NCBI GenBank assembly: GCA_965243375.1
Contig: CBDEUT010000008.1
Coordinates: 872,560 to 936,559 of the forward strand
Reading direction: 5' to 3'
Origin: Alphaproteobacteria bacterium
Lineage (GTDB): Bacteria > Pseudomonadota > Alphaproteobacteria > UBA828
Length of the DNA: 64,000 nt
Positions 21,267 through 31,038 of this stretch are shown here, one piece after another. Both the position numbers and the translations under genes were made by a program. Below the pieces are notes generated by a model. It was not told where the DNA came from. It did no database searches and saw only the letters and a program-made list of their open reading frames with translations. The stretch's first letter is position 1, and each line of letters begins with the position of its first letter.

Positions 21267-21294
21267 TTGACTGGCCAGAGTCCTGTGGCATACT
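21267..21294 (+). promoter_or_regulatory. putative sigma70 promoter of rplM-rpsI
   Basis: TTGAC-N17-CATACT upstream of rplM. Confidence 0.45.
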
Positions 21295-21369
21295 CCCGGC
21301 GGCGCGCTGGCCGGCGAGAGCCGAATGAGGCCGCGCGCCGTTTTGTCACATCCTATCGTCGTGAGCGAA

Positions 21370-21843
21370 ATGAGAACCTTCTCGGCAACGCCTGCCACAA
21401 TCGAGAAGAAGTGGATGCTGGTGGACGCCGAGGATCTCGTCCTCGGCCGGCTCGCCAGCATCGTCGCGACCCGTCTGCGCGGCAAGCACAAGCCGAGCTA
21501 CACCCCGCACATGGATTGCGGCGACAACATCATCATCGTCAATGCAGGGAAGGTGCGGCTCACCGGGCGCAAGCGGGAAGACAAGGTCTACCATCACCAC
21601 ACCGGGTATCCCGGCGGCCTCAAGACCCGCACGGTCGGGCGCATCCTCGGCGGCAAGCGGCCCGAGGAGGTGGTGATCAAGGCGGTGCAACGGATGATCC
21701 CCAAGGGCCCCCTAGGCCGCCGGCAGATGTCGAACCTCAAGGTCTACCCCGGCCCGGACCATCCGCACGAGGCGCAGCAGCCCGAGCCTCTCGACATCGC
21801 CGCGATGAATCCGAAGAACGCGAGGAGCACGCTCCGTGGCTGA
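21370..21843 (+). CDS. rplM: 50S ribosomal protein L13
   Basis: [38 protein letters not shown]. Confidence 0.98.
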   Translation: MRTFSATPATIEKKWMLVDAEDLVLGRLASIVATRLRGKHKPSYTPHMDCGDNIIIVNAGKVRLTGRKREDKVYHHHTGYPGGLKTRTVGRILGGKRPEEVVIKAVQRMIPKGPLGRRQMSNLKVYPGPDHPHEAQQPEPLDIAAMNPKNARSTLRG

Positions 21844-22318
21844 CGAGCCGAAGACTCTGACCAGCCTTGCCGAGCTCGGCGAGGTCGCCCGGCCCGACGC
21901 CGACATCGAGCCCGAGCCGCAGATCGACCGCCTGGGCCGAACCTATTCGACCGGCAAGCGCAAGGACGCCGTGGCGCGCGTGTGGCTGCGGCCCGGCATC
22001 GGCACGATCACGGTCAACAAGCGCTCGGTGGAAGATTACTTTGCGCGCCCAGCGCTCAGGATGATCATCAACCAGCCAGCGGAACTGGTCGGGCGCCGCA
22101 CCCAGTACGACGTCATTTGCACGGTCAAGGGCGGCGGCCTCTCCGGCCAAGCCGGGGCGCTGCGGCACGGCATCAGCCGGGCGCTCGCGGCGCGCGAGCC
22201 GGAGCTGCGCAAGATGCTCAAGTCCGGCGGCTTCCTCACCCGGGACAGCCGCGTCGTGGAGCGCAAGAAGTACGGCAAGCGCAAGGCCCGCCGCAGCTTC
22301 CAGTTCTCGAAACGCTGA
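21836..22318 (+). CDS. rpsI: 30S ribosomal protein S9
   Basis: [36 protein letters not shown]...QFSKR. Confidence 0.98.
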   Translation: MADEPKTLTSLAELGEVARPDADIEPEPQIDRLGRTYSTGKRKDAVARVWLRPGIGTITVNKRSVEDYFARPALRMIINQPAELVGRRTQYDVICTVKGGGLSGQAGALRHGISRALAAREPELRKMLKSGGFLTRDSRVVERKKYGKRKARRSFQFSKR

Positions 22319-22375
22319 GTTTGGCGTTGCCGGCGCGCCTGTTCCTCCGGCTCCTGCGATCGCAATAGGCTACCC

Positions 22376-23434
22376 ATGGGCCCCTCCTCCTCAGGCACGG
22401 GCAACACCGCGCGCGTTGGCGTGCTCGGCGCGAGCGGCTATACCGGCGGCGAGCTGCTGCGCCTGCTGGCGCGCCACGACGGCTTCTCGGTTGGCCTGCT
22501 GACCGCCGAGCGCCGCGCAGGCCAGAGCCTGGGCGCGGTCTTTCCCCATCTCGACTGCGCGGGCTTTCCCGACCTTATCAAGATCGAGGATGCCGCTTGG
22601 GACTCGCTCGACGCGGTCTTCTGCTGCCTGCCCCACGGCACCACGCAGGAGGTCGTTGACGCCCTCCCCGAGCACCTGAAGGTGGTGGACCTTTCGGCCG
22701 ACTTCCGGCTATCGGACCCCGAGGTCTACGCGGAATGGTATGGGCGTGCGCATGGCGCCGTGGCGCTGCAGGCGGAGGCGGTCTATGGGCTGACCGAGCT
22801 TGCGCGCGATGAAGTCAGGGGTGCCCGCCTCGTGGCGAACCCCGGCTGCTACCCGACCTCCGCGCAGTTGCCGCTCGCGCCGCTGCTCGAAGACGGGCTG
22901 ATCGAGAGCGACGACATCATCATCGATGCCAAGTCGGGGGTCTCCGGCGCGGGGCGCGAGGCCAAGCAGGCGAGCCTCTTCGCCGAGGTCGGCGAGGGCG
23001 TGAACGCATACGGTATCGCCGCCCACCGCCACGCGCCCGAGATCGAGCAGGGACTCTCGGCGGCGGCCGGTGCGCCGGTGCGGGTCAACTTCACGCCCCA
23101 CCTCATGCCGATGAACCGGGGCATTCTGGCGACAATTTACGTGCGCTGCCGCGCGGGTGCCGACGCCCTGCGCGGGGCCCTGTCCGCGCGCTACGCGGAC
23201 GAGCCGTTCGTGCGCGTGTTGCCTGCGGGCACTGCGCCGGCGACGCGACACGTGCGGGGCTCCAACCACTGCCTCATCGGGGTCTTCGACGACCGGATCG
23301 AGGGACGCGCCATCCTGATCTCCGCCATCGACAATCTGGTCAAGGGCGCCTCGGGCCAGGCGATCCAGAACATGAACCTGATGCACGCCCTGCCGGAGAC
23401 GACGGGGCTGGAACAGGCGCCGCTCTTCCCCTGA
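22376..23434 (+). CDS. argC: N-acetyl-gamma-glutamyl-phosphate reductase
   Basis: GASGYTG, DLSADFRL, VANPGCYPT, SGVSGAG, DNLVKGASGQA. Confidence 0.96.
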   Translation: MGPSSSGTGNTARVGVLGASGYTGGELLRLLARHDGFSVGLLTAERRAGQSLGAVFPHLDCAGFPDLIKIEDAAWDSLDAVFCCLPHGTTQEVVDALPEHLKVVDLSADFRLSDPEVYAEWYGRAHGAVALQAEAVYGLTELARDEVRGARLVANPGCYPTSAQLPLAPLLEDGLIESDDIIIDAKSGVSGAGREAKQASLFAEVGEGVNAYGIAAHRHAPEIEQGLSAAAGAPVRVNFTPHLMPMNRGILATIYVRCRAGADALRGALSARYADEPFVRVLPAGTAPATRHVRGSNHCLIGVFDDRIEGRAILISAIDNLVKGASGQAIQNMNLMHALPETTGLEQAPLFP

Positions 23435-23448
23435 GGAGGCGGGAGCCC

Positions 23449-24042
23449 ATGTCCGCCGGTCTGCTGCTCCCCTATCACCACCGCTGGCCTCAGGTAGCGC
23501 CGAACGCCTTTGTCGCCGCCGGCAGTTCCGTGATCGGCGACGTCATCATGGGGGCGGAGTCGAGCATCTGGTTCAACTGCGTTCTCAGGGGTGACGTGAA
23601 CTACATCCGCGTCGGCGCGCGCAGCAATGTCCAGGACGGCACAATTATCCACACCGCCACGGCAGACGGCCCCACGCTCATCGGAGAAGACGTGGTCGTG
23701 GGTCACATGTGCCTGCTGCACGCCTGCATCCTGGAAGACGCCTGCATGATCGGCATGGGCGCCACGGTGATGGACTTCGCGGTTGTGGAGTCCGGCGCCT
23801 GGGTCGCCGCCGGCGCGCTGGTAACGCCGGGCAAGCGGGTCAAGAGTGGCGAGATGTGGATGGGCCGGCCCGCGAAGGCGGTGCGCATGGTGAGCAACGC
23901 CGAGCGCGAGACCATCACCACCATCGCCCGGCGCTACGCCAACCGCGCGGGCGAGTACCGCGTCGCGTCAGGCCCGCCGCAGCGGGCGACCGCGGCTACC
24001 CCGCCAAGACGTAGGCGCCCGGCGCGTCCTCAATCGGCCTGA
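23449..24042 (+). CDS. gamma carbonic anhydrase family (hexapeptide repeat) protein
   Basis: IWFNCVLRGDVNYIRVG, NVQDG, GH..LH; 3' end overlaps the convergent phaC. Confidence 0.9.
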   Translation: MSAGLLLPYHHRWPQVAPNAFVAAGSSVIGDVIMGAESSIWFNCVLRGDVNYIRVGARSNVQDGTIIHTATADGPTLIGEDVVVGHMCLLHACILEDACMIGMGATVMDFAVVESGAWVAAGALVTPGKRVKSGEMWMGRPAKAVRMVSNAERETITTIARRYANRAGEYRVASGPPQRATAATPPRRRRPARPQSA

Positions 24043-25789
24043 GCGCGCCGTCGCCGGGCACCCGCGCCGGCACCTTCCTGCCGCCGGCCCGGCGGCGCTG
24101 CCAGGCATGCCAGTCGTTCCACCACGAGCCTTCGTGGTGCTCGGCGGCGGTGAGCCAGGTGTCGGCGTCCTGCGCCTCGACGACCGGCCCGGTCCAGTAG
24201 CCGTACTTGCCGGCCGCCGGCGGGTTGATGATGCCGGCTATATGACCGGAGGCGCCGAGGACGAAGCGGCGTTGCCCCCGGTAGAGCCCGCAGGCCGCGA
24301 AGCAGGACTGCCACGGCGCGATGTGATCCTCCCGCGTCGCCACGATGTATGTCGGAACGTCGATGCGGCCGAGGTCGATGGGCACGCCGGCGAGGCTCAG
24401 GCCGTCCGGCCGGGCCAGCAGGTTCTCCCGGTACATCTTGCGCAGGTAGAAGCCGTGCATCGCCGCCGGCATCCGGGTGGAATCCGCGTTCCAGAAGAGC
24501 AGGTCGAAGGGCAGCGGCTCGCGGCCGAGCAAGTAGTTGTTGACGACGAATGACCAGATCAGGTCGTTGTCGCGCAGCATGTTGAAGGTCGTCGCCATGT
24601 GGCGGCCGTCGAGATAGCCCTTCTCCGCCATCGTGGCTTCCAGCGACTCGAGCTGGGCATCGTCGATGAAGACTCCGAGCTCGCCGGGCTCGGCGAAATC
24701 GACGAGGGAGGCGAAGAAGGTCGCGCTCCTGATTCGCTTGTCGCCCCGCGTCGCGAGATAGGCCAGGGTCGCCGCCGTCAGCGTGCCGCCCAGGCAATAG
24801 CCGATCGCCGCGACATCGCGCTCGCCCGTCGCCTGTTCGACGGCATCGAGCGCCGCGAGTGGGCCCTCGACCATGTAGTCCTCGAAGGCCTTCTCGGCGA
24901 GCGCTTCGTCAGGGTTGACCCAGGAAATGACGAAGACCGTGTAACCCTTTGAAATCGCCCACTTCACAAAGGAATTCTTCGGCCTGAGATCGAGCACGTA
25001 GTACTTGTTGATCCAGGGCGGCACGATCAGGAGCGGCCGGCGAAACGCCGTCTCCGTGCTCGGCGCGTACTGGATCAGTTGCATGAGCTCGTTCTGGAAA
25101 ACGACCTTGCCGGGCGTCGTCGCGATGGTCTCCCCCAGGGTGAAATGGCTCTCGTCCGTCATGCGGGGCGAGAACCGGCCCTCGTTCCGCTCCAGATCGT
25201 CGAGCACGTTGCGCAGGCCCTTTAGCAAGTTCTCGCCCTTGGTCTCGGCGGTCTCCTTCAGTGCCGCGGGGTTGGTGGCGAGGAAGTTGGTCGGCGCCAG
25301 CGCATCGACGAATTGGCGCGTGTAGAAGGCGAGCTTTGCGGCGTCCTTCTCGTCGAGGCCGCTCAGGTTCCCCACCGCCGACTGCACGCAGGCGGCGGTC
25401 AGCAGGTACGACTGCTTGAGATGATCGAAGACCCAGCTCTCGGTCCAGGCGGGATCGCGAAAACGTCGGTCGTCGGGCCCGGGCGCGGCCACCGGCTCAG
25501 CCGGTTCTTCGCCTTGTAGACGTTGCGCGCCCTGCTGCCATAGCCTGAGGTAGCCGTCCCACCACTTCATCTGCGCGTCGATCAGTGGAGACGGATTGTC
25601 CGCCAGGCTCCGCGCCATCGCCCCCAGGGCAGCGCTCAGGTTGAGCGGGTCGGAAGCCGCCCCGGCACCCGTCGCACCCTGCCCGCTGAGGAAGCGCGCT
25701 GCGATCCGCTGGCTCTGCTCCGCAATGGCGGCGAAGTGGGCGGCTGTGTTGTGTTCCGCCGCGTCTGCGGCGGGCGAGTCGTCAGGCAT
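23996..25789 (-). CDS. phaC: class I polyhydroxyalkanoate synthase
   Basis: PPWINKYYVLDL, lipase box GYCLGG, DHIAPW, SGHIAG, GSWW, DAPGAYV. Confidence 0.96.
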   Translation of the reverse strand: MPDDSPAADAAEHNTAAHFAAIAEQSQRIAARFLSGQGATGAGAASDPLNLSAALGAMARSLADNPSPLIDAQMKWWDGYLRLWQQGAQRLQGEEPAEPVAAPGPDDRRFRDPAWTESWVFDHLKQSYLLTAACVQSAVGNLSGLDEKDAAKLAFYTRQFVDALAPTNFLATNPAALKETAETKGENLLKGLRNVLDDLERNEGRFSPRMTDESHFTLGETIATTPGKVVFQNELMQLIQYAPSTETAFRRPLLIVPPWINKYYVLDLRPKNSFVKWAISKGYTVFVISWVNPDEALAEKAFEDYMVEGPLAALDAVEQATGERDVAAIGYCLGGTLTAATLAYLATRGDKRIRSATFFASLVDFAEPGELGVFIDDAQLESLEATMAEKGYLDGRHMATTFNMLRDNDLIWSFVVNNYLLGREPLPFDLLFWNADSTRMPAAMHGFYLRKMYRENLLARPDGLSLAGVPIDLGRIDVPTYIVATREDHIAPWQSCFAACGLYRGQRRFVLGASGHIAGIINPPAAGKYGYWTGPVVEAQDADTWLTAAEHHEGSWWNDWHAWQRRRAGGRKVPARVPGDGALRPIEDAPGAYVLAG

Positions 25790-26000
25790 TGTGAGCCTTA
25801 TCCGTGTGGAGTGGTTTGGCGGGTGCGCCCATCGGCCGCCGCCCGCCAATGCGAATGATCGGAATTGAGTATATGCTACTCACGAGTCGGACCGTGCTCA
25901 ATGCCGGCGACCGCAGGCCAGCGCCAGCCAACCAGGAGAATGCCCCATGCACGATTCCCAGGGCCAACAGACGATTGAACCCGCGCTCAGGCGGCAGCGG

Positions 26001-26360
26001 ATGCGGCCACTCGCGCTCCTCGCGATCGGCCCGATCGCACTCGGCCTCCTCGTCACCGGATGCACGGCGATCGAGGACACGACCGACTACATCGGCGACC
26101 TGTTCAGCCACGTCGAGGACGACGACGAGATTTTCGGCAGCGACGACGTCTCCGGCGGCGACGAGCCCTATCGTTCCGTCAGCGAGGTGCCGAGCGAAGC
26201 GCCGCCCGTCTCGACCGAGGAAGAGCGCCTTCGGCTGACGGCCGGCCTGGTCGCGGATCGCGAGAAGGCGCAGTACACGGCCGAGGAGCTCCGCGCGCGC
26301 GTGGAGGAGGAAGAGCCGTTCGCACAGGTTCGCGCCGTGTATCAGCCGGTGGAGGAGTAG
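26001..26360 (+). CDS. putative lipoprotein (possibly truncated)
   Basis: Hydrophobic leader with lipobox LVTGC; acidic body with GLVADREKAQYT. Confidence 0.6.
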   Translation: MRPLALLAIGPIALGLLVTGCTAIEDTTDYIGDLFSHVEDDDEIFGSDDVSGGDEPYRSVSEVPSEAPPVSTEEERLRLTAGLVADREKAQYTAEELRARVEEEEPFAQVRAVYQPVEE

Positions 26361-26531
26361 ACGGAGCCTGCTCTGACCGCCGCCGGCTCGCGCCACCACC
26401 CGCCTCGCGGCCGGCTCGCCGAGGCCCCTATCCCGTCGTGACCCATCGCTTTCACGGTTTGCCGGGCGGCCGGGGATCGGCCGGCTGCGCTCACCCCACG
26501 CCACGGACCAGCTCGAAAGAAGAACGACTCT

Positions 26532-27839
26532 ATGCCTGAGCCGCTAAGAATCGGCATCGCCGGGCTCGGCACGGTCGGCTGCGGCGTGCTCGCGCTGCTG
26601 CGCGACAATGCCCCGCTGCTGGTGCAACGCACCGGCCGGCCGATCGAGGTGGTCGCGGTCTCCGCCCGCGACAAGGGAAAGGATCGCGGGATTGCGCTTG
26701 ACGGGCTCGACTGGCGGGACGACGCCGGGGAGCTCGCCGCCCACCCCGCCGTCGATGTCGTGGTCGAGCTGATCGGCGGCTCCGAGGGCACCGCGCGCGC
26801 TCTCTGCGAGGCCGCCTTCGCCAACGGCAAGCACCTGGTGACCGCCAACAAGGCCCTGCTCGCCCATCACGGGGCGGCGCTGGCGGAAGCCGCCCGGCGG
26901 GCGGACCGCCACCTCGGCTACGAGGCCGCGGTCGCTGGCGGAATCCCCATCGTCAAGGCGCTGCGCGAGGGCCTCGCGGGCAATCGGATCGGCGGCGTCT
27001 ACGGCATCCTGAACGGCACCTGCAACTACATCATGACGGCGATGCACGAATCGGTGCAGGCCGGCCAGGCGCGGGATTTCGACTCCGTGCTTCAGGAGGC
27101 GCAGGGGCTCGGTTACGCCGAGGCCGATCCTTCGACCGATATCGACGGCATCGATGCCGCCCACAAGCTCGCGATCCTCACCAGCGTCGTGTTCGGCTGC
27201 CCGGTGGACTTCGACGCCGTGCACGTCGAGGGCATCCGCCACGTCAGCGCGCTCGACATCGGCTTCGCCATCGAGCTCGGCTACCGGGTCAAGCTCTTAG
27301 GAATCGCCCGCGCCGACGAAGCGGCGATCACCCAGCGAGTGCACCCTTGCATGATCCGCGAGACGGCGCCCATCGCCCGCGTCGACGGTGTGTTCAACGC
27401 CGTGGTGGCGGAGGGTGACCGAATCGGCAGCGCGCTATTCGAAGGCCCTGGCGCCGGCGCCGGCCCGACCGCATCGGCCGTGGTCGCCGACCTCGTGGAC
27501 ATCGCCCGCGGCCAGATCATGCCGGCCTTTCCCGCCGCAGCGGCGAGCACGCTCCGGGCGGCGGCGCGGCCCATGGACCACCACGTCGGCGCCTACTACA
27601 TTCGCCTGATGGTGGTGGACAAGCCGGGTGTGATCGCCGGCATCGCTGCCTGCCTGCGCGACGAGCAGGTCTCCGTGGAGGCCATGCTGCAGCGCGGACG
27701 GAACCCCGGTGAGCTGGTCCCCGTGGTGCTTACCACCCACGAGGCGCAGGAGGCGGCGGTGGTGAGCGCGCTCGCTGCGATCGACCGCCTCGACACGGTG
27801 CTGGAGCCACCACGCATGATCCGGATCGAGGCTTTCTAG
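26532..27839 (+). CDS. hom: homoserine dehydrogenase
   Basis: GLGTVG, VTANKA, YEAAVAGGIP, GILNGTCNYI, GYAEADP, C-terminal ACT domain. Confidence 0.96.
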   Translation: MPEPLRIGIAGLGTVGCGVLALLRDNAPLLVQRTGRPIEVVAVSARDKGKDRGIALDGLDWRDDAGELAAHPAVDVVVELIGGSEGTARALCEAAFANGKHLVTANKALLAHHGAALAEAARRADRHLGYEAAVAGGIPIVKALREGLAGNRIGGVYGILNGTCNYIMTAMHESVQAGQARDFDSVLQEAQGLGYAEADPSTDIDGIDAAHKLAILTSVVFGCPVDFDAVHVEGIRHVSALDIGFAIELGYRVKLLGIARADEAAITQRVHPCMIRETAPIARVDGVFNAVVAEGDRIGSALFEGPGAGAGPTASAVVADLVDIARGQIMPAFPAAAASTLRAAARPMDHHVGAYYIRLMVVDKPGVIAGIAACLRDEQVSVEAMLQRGRNPGELVPVVLTTHEAQEAAVVSALAAIDRLDTVLEPPRMIRIEAF

Positions 27840-27848
27840 AGGTTGCCC

Positions 27849-28835
27849 ATGGCTGAGGAGGCGATCTCCCTCGACCGGAACCTGGCGCTGGATGCTGTGC
27901 GCGTGACCGAGGCCGCGGCCCGCGCGGCGGCACGCCTGATCGGCCGCGGCGACGAGATGGCCGCCGATCAGGCCGCCGTCGATGCCATGCGGCGCGGCCT
28001 TAACGCGCTCGACATCGACGGCACCGTGGTGATCGGCGAAGGCGAGCGGGACGAGGCGCCGATGCTCTTCATCGGCGAGACCGTCGGCACCGGCAAGGGC
28101 CCCAGCCTCGATGTCGCGCTCGACCCGCTCGAAGGCACGACGATCTGCGCCACCGGCGGCCCCAACGCGCTCGCCGTGCTGGCCATGGCGGAGAAAGGCG
28201 GCTTCCTCGCCGCGCCCGACACCTACATGGACAAGATCGCCGTCGGCGACGGGCTGCCGGACGAGCTGGTCGATCTCGACGACCCGCCGGCCACGACGCT
28301 GGCCAAGCTCGCCAAGGCGAAGGACTGCGATGTCAACGAGCTCACCGTCCTGATCCTGGACCGGCCCCGGCATGAGGAGCTGATTGCCAAGGTGCGCGAG
28401 ACCAGTGCCCGCATCCAGCTGATCCGGGACGGCGACGTCGCCGGCGTGATCGCGACCACACGGCTCAACCGCACCGTCGACATCTACATGGGGATCGGCG
28501 GCGCACCCGAGGGGGTGCTCGCCGCCGCGGCGCTCCGCTGCATCGGCGGCCAGATGATGGGCCGCCTCGTCTTCCGCAACGACGACGAGAAGAAGCGCGC
28601 GCGGGCGATGGGCGTCACCGATCTCAAGCGCAAATACAGCCTGCACGAACTTGCCGGCGGCGAGGTGATGTTCTGTGCGACGGGAGTCACCGACGGCGCC
28701 ATGCTGCGCGGAGTCTCGCGCCTCCCCCACGGTGCGCGCACCAGCTCGGTGGTGATGCGCTCGCGCACCGGCACCTTGCGCATGATCGAGGCCGAGCACG
28801 ATTTCTCCCGCGCGCCCGAACGCATCGGCGCGTGA
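27849..28835 (+). CDS. glpX: class II fructose-1,6-bisphosphatase
   Basis: VIGEGERDEAPML, DPLEGT, DGDV, GGAPEGVL, ATGVTDG. Confidence 0.96.
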   Translation: MAEEAISLDRNLALDAVRVTEAAARAAARLIGRGDEMAADQAAVDAMRRGLNALDIDGTVVIGEGERDEAPMLFIGETVGTGKGPSLDVALDPLEGTTICATGGPNALAVLAMAEKGGFLAAPDTYMDKIAVGDGLPDELVDLDDPPATTLAKLAKAKDCDVNELTVLILDRPRHEELIAKVRETSARIQLIRDGDVAGVIATTRLNRTVDIYMGIGGAPEGVLAAAALRCIGGQMMGRLVFRNDDEKKRARAMGVTDLKRKYSLHELAGGEVMFCATGVTDGAMLRGVSRLPHGARTSSVVMRSRTGTLRMIEAEHDFSRAPERIGA

Positions 28836-28853
28836 TGAGGCTGGACCGCGACT

Positions 28854-29062
28854 CCCCCACCTCTCCCTGTCCCTCTCCCAACCTGTTCATTTCCCTCAAT
28901 CGCCGGGCGCTCGCTCCGCTCGCTTGGCTACGCGCATGCGCGCGCGGCGCAGTCGCGCCGTCCGGGCCTACGGCCCGGGAGGGCGGAGAAGGGACTACAT
29001 TGCAGCCGCCCGTCTCTCCCTCTCCTCCCCTCGGGGAGGAGAGGGTTGGGGTGAGGAGGGGG
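28854..29062. repeat. CCCTCTCC/GGAGAGGG palindromic repeat (family A) carrying a nested family-B insert
   Basis: Ends match the uninterrupted copy at 38101-38217; the middle (28887-28980) matches 34133-34285. Confidence 0.75.
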
Positions 29063-29098
29063 CACGTGCTCCCCTCCTTCACGGCGTAGAGCGAGGCG

Positions 29099-30907
29099 AT
29101 GAACGACGGGGCGGCGATGCTCGGGGTCGAGCGGTCGCTGCTCGGCAAGCGCTGGCGTTCAAGGCTTGAAGACTCGATGACGGGCCTCACCCTCGCCCAG
29201 GCCATCGAGGTGCCGGAGCTGGTCGGCCGCGTGCTCGCTGCCCGCGGCATCGCGGCGGAAGACGCGCCGGACTACCTCGACCCGACGCTCCGCCGGCTCC
29301 TGCCCGACCCGCTTCACTTGCTGGACATGGAGAGGGCCATCGCGCGGCTCGCGGGCGCACTGGAGGCGGGCGAGAAGATCGCGATCTTCGGCGACTACGA
29401 CGTGGATGGCGCGACCTCGGCCGCGCTGCTCAGCAGATTCTTCGAGGCCGTGGCCGAGACGCCGACCATCTACATCCCCGATCGCCTGCGCGAGGGCTAC
29501 GGCCCGAACGCCGCCGCCATGCGCATGCTGGCAGCGCAGGACGTGCGCGTGGTTATCACGGTGGATTGCGGTATCAGCGCCTTCGACGCACTTGCGGACG
29601 CCGCCGACGCCGGGCTCGACGTGATCGTGGTGGACCACCACGTGGCCGAGGCGCGACTGCCCGGGGCCTGCGCCGTGATCGACCCCAACCGTCTGGACGA
29701 CGCGAGCACCCACCGCCAGCTCGCCGCCGTGGGCGTGGCCTTCCTGCTTGTCGTCGGGCTCAACCGGCACCTGCGCGAGACGGGCTGGTACCGCGAGCGC
29801 GCGGAGCCCGACCTGCTGCAATGGCTCGACCTGGTGGCGCTCGGCACGGTCTGCGACGTGGTGCCGCTCACCGGCGTCAACCGCGCCTTCGTGCGCCAGG
29901 GCCTTACGATGATGCGGCAGCGCCGCAACGTGGGGCTGAGGGCGCTCGGCGACGTCGCCGGGCTGGAGGAACCGCCGGGGGTCTATCACCTGGGCTTCAT
30001 CCTGGGCCCCCGCGTCAACGCCGGTGGCCGGGTGGGCGAGGCCAGTCTGGGCGCGCGCCTGCTGACCACGGAGGACGACGACAAGGCACGCGAGATCGCC
30101 CGGCACCTCGATGCCCTCAACCGCGAGCGCCAGGCCATCGAGCAGGCGGTGCTGGAGGAGGCCGTCGAGCAGGTCGAGACGGCAGGCGACGGCGCGACGG
30201 CGTCGGCGCCCCTGGTCCTCGTGCACGACGAGCGCTGGCACGCCGGCGTGATCGGCATCGTCGCGAGCCGGCTGAAGGAGCGCTACAACCGGCCGGCCGT
30301 CGTCGTCGCCTGGGAGGACGGCGCGGGAGGCGTCGGCAAGGCGTCGTGCCGCTCGGTGCCGGGCGTCGATATCGGTGCGGCGATCACCGCCGCGCGGCAG
30401 GCGGAGCTACTGGTCAACGGCGGCGGCCATCCGATGGCGGCGGGCTTTACGGTCGAGAAGGCGAAGCTCTCACCGCTCCAGGAATTCCTGCGTCACCGCC
30501 TGGGCGCGGATGCAGACGAGGCCGCCCACGCGCCGACCCTCGGACTCGACGGCGCGCTCGGCGTCGAGGGCGCGACGGCGGACCTGCTGGAGATGCTGGA
30601 GGCCGCCGGCCCCTACGGCGCCGGCAACCCGGAGCCCCGCTTCGCCGTCGCCGGCGCCCAGCTGCTGCGCGCCGATATCGTGGGCCGGGGCCACGTGCGC
30701 TGCCAGCTTGCGGGCCGCTCGGGCAAGCGGCTCAAGGGCATCGCCTTCCGCGCCGCCGACAACGCCTTGGGCCACGCGCTCCTGGCCGGCGCGGAGCACC
30801 CCTTCCACATCGCGGGCCGGCTCCGCCTCGACCGCCGGCGGGGCACTCGCGCGGTCGAGCTGCACATCGACGACGGCGCCCCCGCCCCGCCGCCCGACGG
30901 CCCTTGA
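29099..30907 (+). CDS. recJ: single-stranded DNA exonuclease RecJ
   Basis: GDYDVDG, EGYG, TVDCG, DHH, GPRVNAGGR, GGGHPMAAG. Confidence 0.96.
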   Translation: MNDGAAMLGVERSLLGKRWRSRLEDSMTGLTLAQAIEVPELVGRVLAARGIAAEDAPDYLDPTLRRLLPDPLHLLDMERAIARLAGALEAGEKIAIFGDYDVDGATSAALLSRFFEAVAETPTIYIPDRLREGYGPNAAAMRMLAAQDVRVVITVDCGISAFDALADAADAGLDVIVVDHHVAEARLPGACAVIDPNRLDDASTHRQLAAVGVAFLLVVGLNRHLRETGWYRERAEPDLLQWLDLVALGTVCDVVPLTGVNRAFVRQGLTMMRQRRNVGLRALGDVAGLEEPPGVYHLGFILGPRVNAGGRVGEASLGARLLTTEDDDKAREIARHLDALNRERQAIEQAVLEEAVEQVETAGDGATASAPLVLVHDERWHAGVIGIVASRLKERYNRPAVVVAWEDGAGGVGKASCRSVPGVDIGAAITAARQAELLVNGGGHPMAAGFTVEKAKLSPLQEFLRHRLGADADEAAHAPTLGLDGALGVEGATADLLEMLEAAGPYGAGNPEPRFAVAGAQLLRADIVGRGHVRCQLAGRSGKRLKGIAFRAADNALGHALLAGAEHPFHIAGRLRLDRRRGTRAVELHIDDGAPAPPPDGP

Positions 30908-30960
30908 TCGCCCTTGATTCCGAGGCGCCCCGCGCGCTACATGGCGCGGCCCATGGCAAT

Positions 30961-31035
30961 GACCCCTTCGTCTAGAGGTTAGGACACCACTCTTTCAAGG
31001 TGGAGACACGGGTTCAATTCCCGTAGGGGTCACCA
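30961..31035 (+). tRNA. tRNA-Glu (TTC)
   Basis: Acceptor GACCCCT/AGGGGTC + ACCA; anticodon arm CCACT-CTTTCAA-GGTGG; T-arm ACGGG-TTCAATT-CCCGT; 75 nt. Confidence 0.97.
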
Positions 31036-31038
31036 TCG

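Noticed and set aside
23996-24042. 47-bp convergent overlap of the gamma-CA gene and phaC as a regulatory system
   Set aside because: The low-complexity Arg/Pro tail suggests simple stop-codon drift; there is no further support
30961-31035. tRNA-Glu as an island integration site
   Set aside because: No integrase adjacent and no duplicated tRNA 3' end noticed in the window
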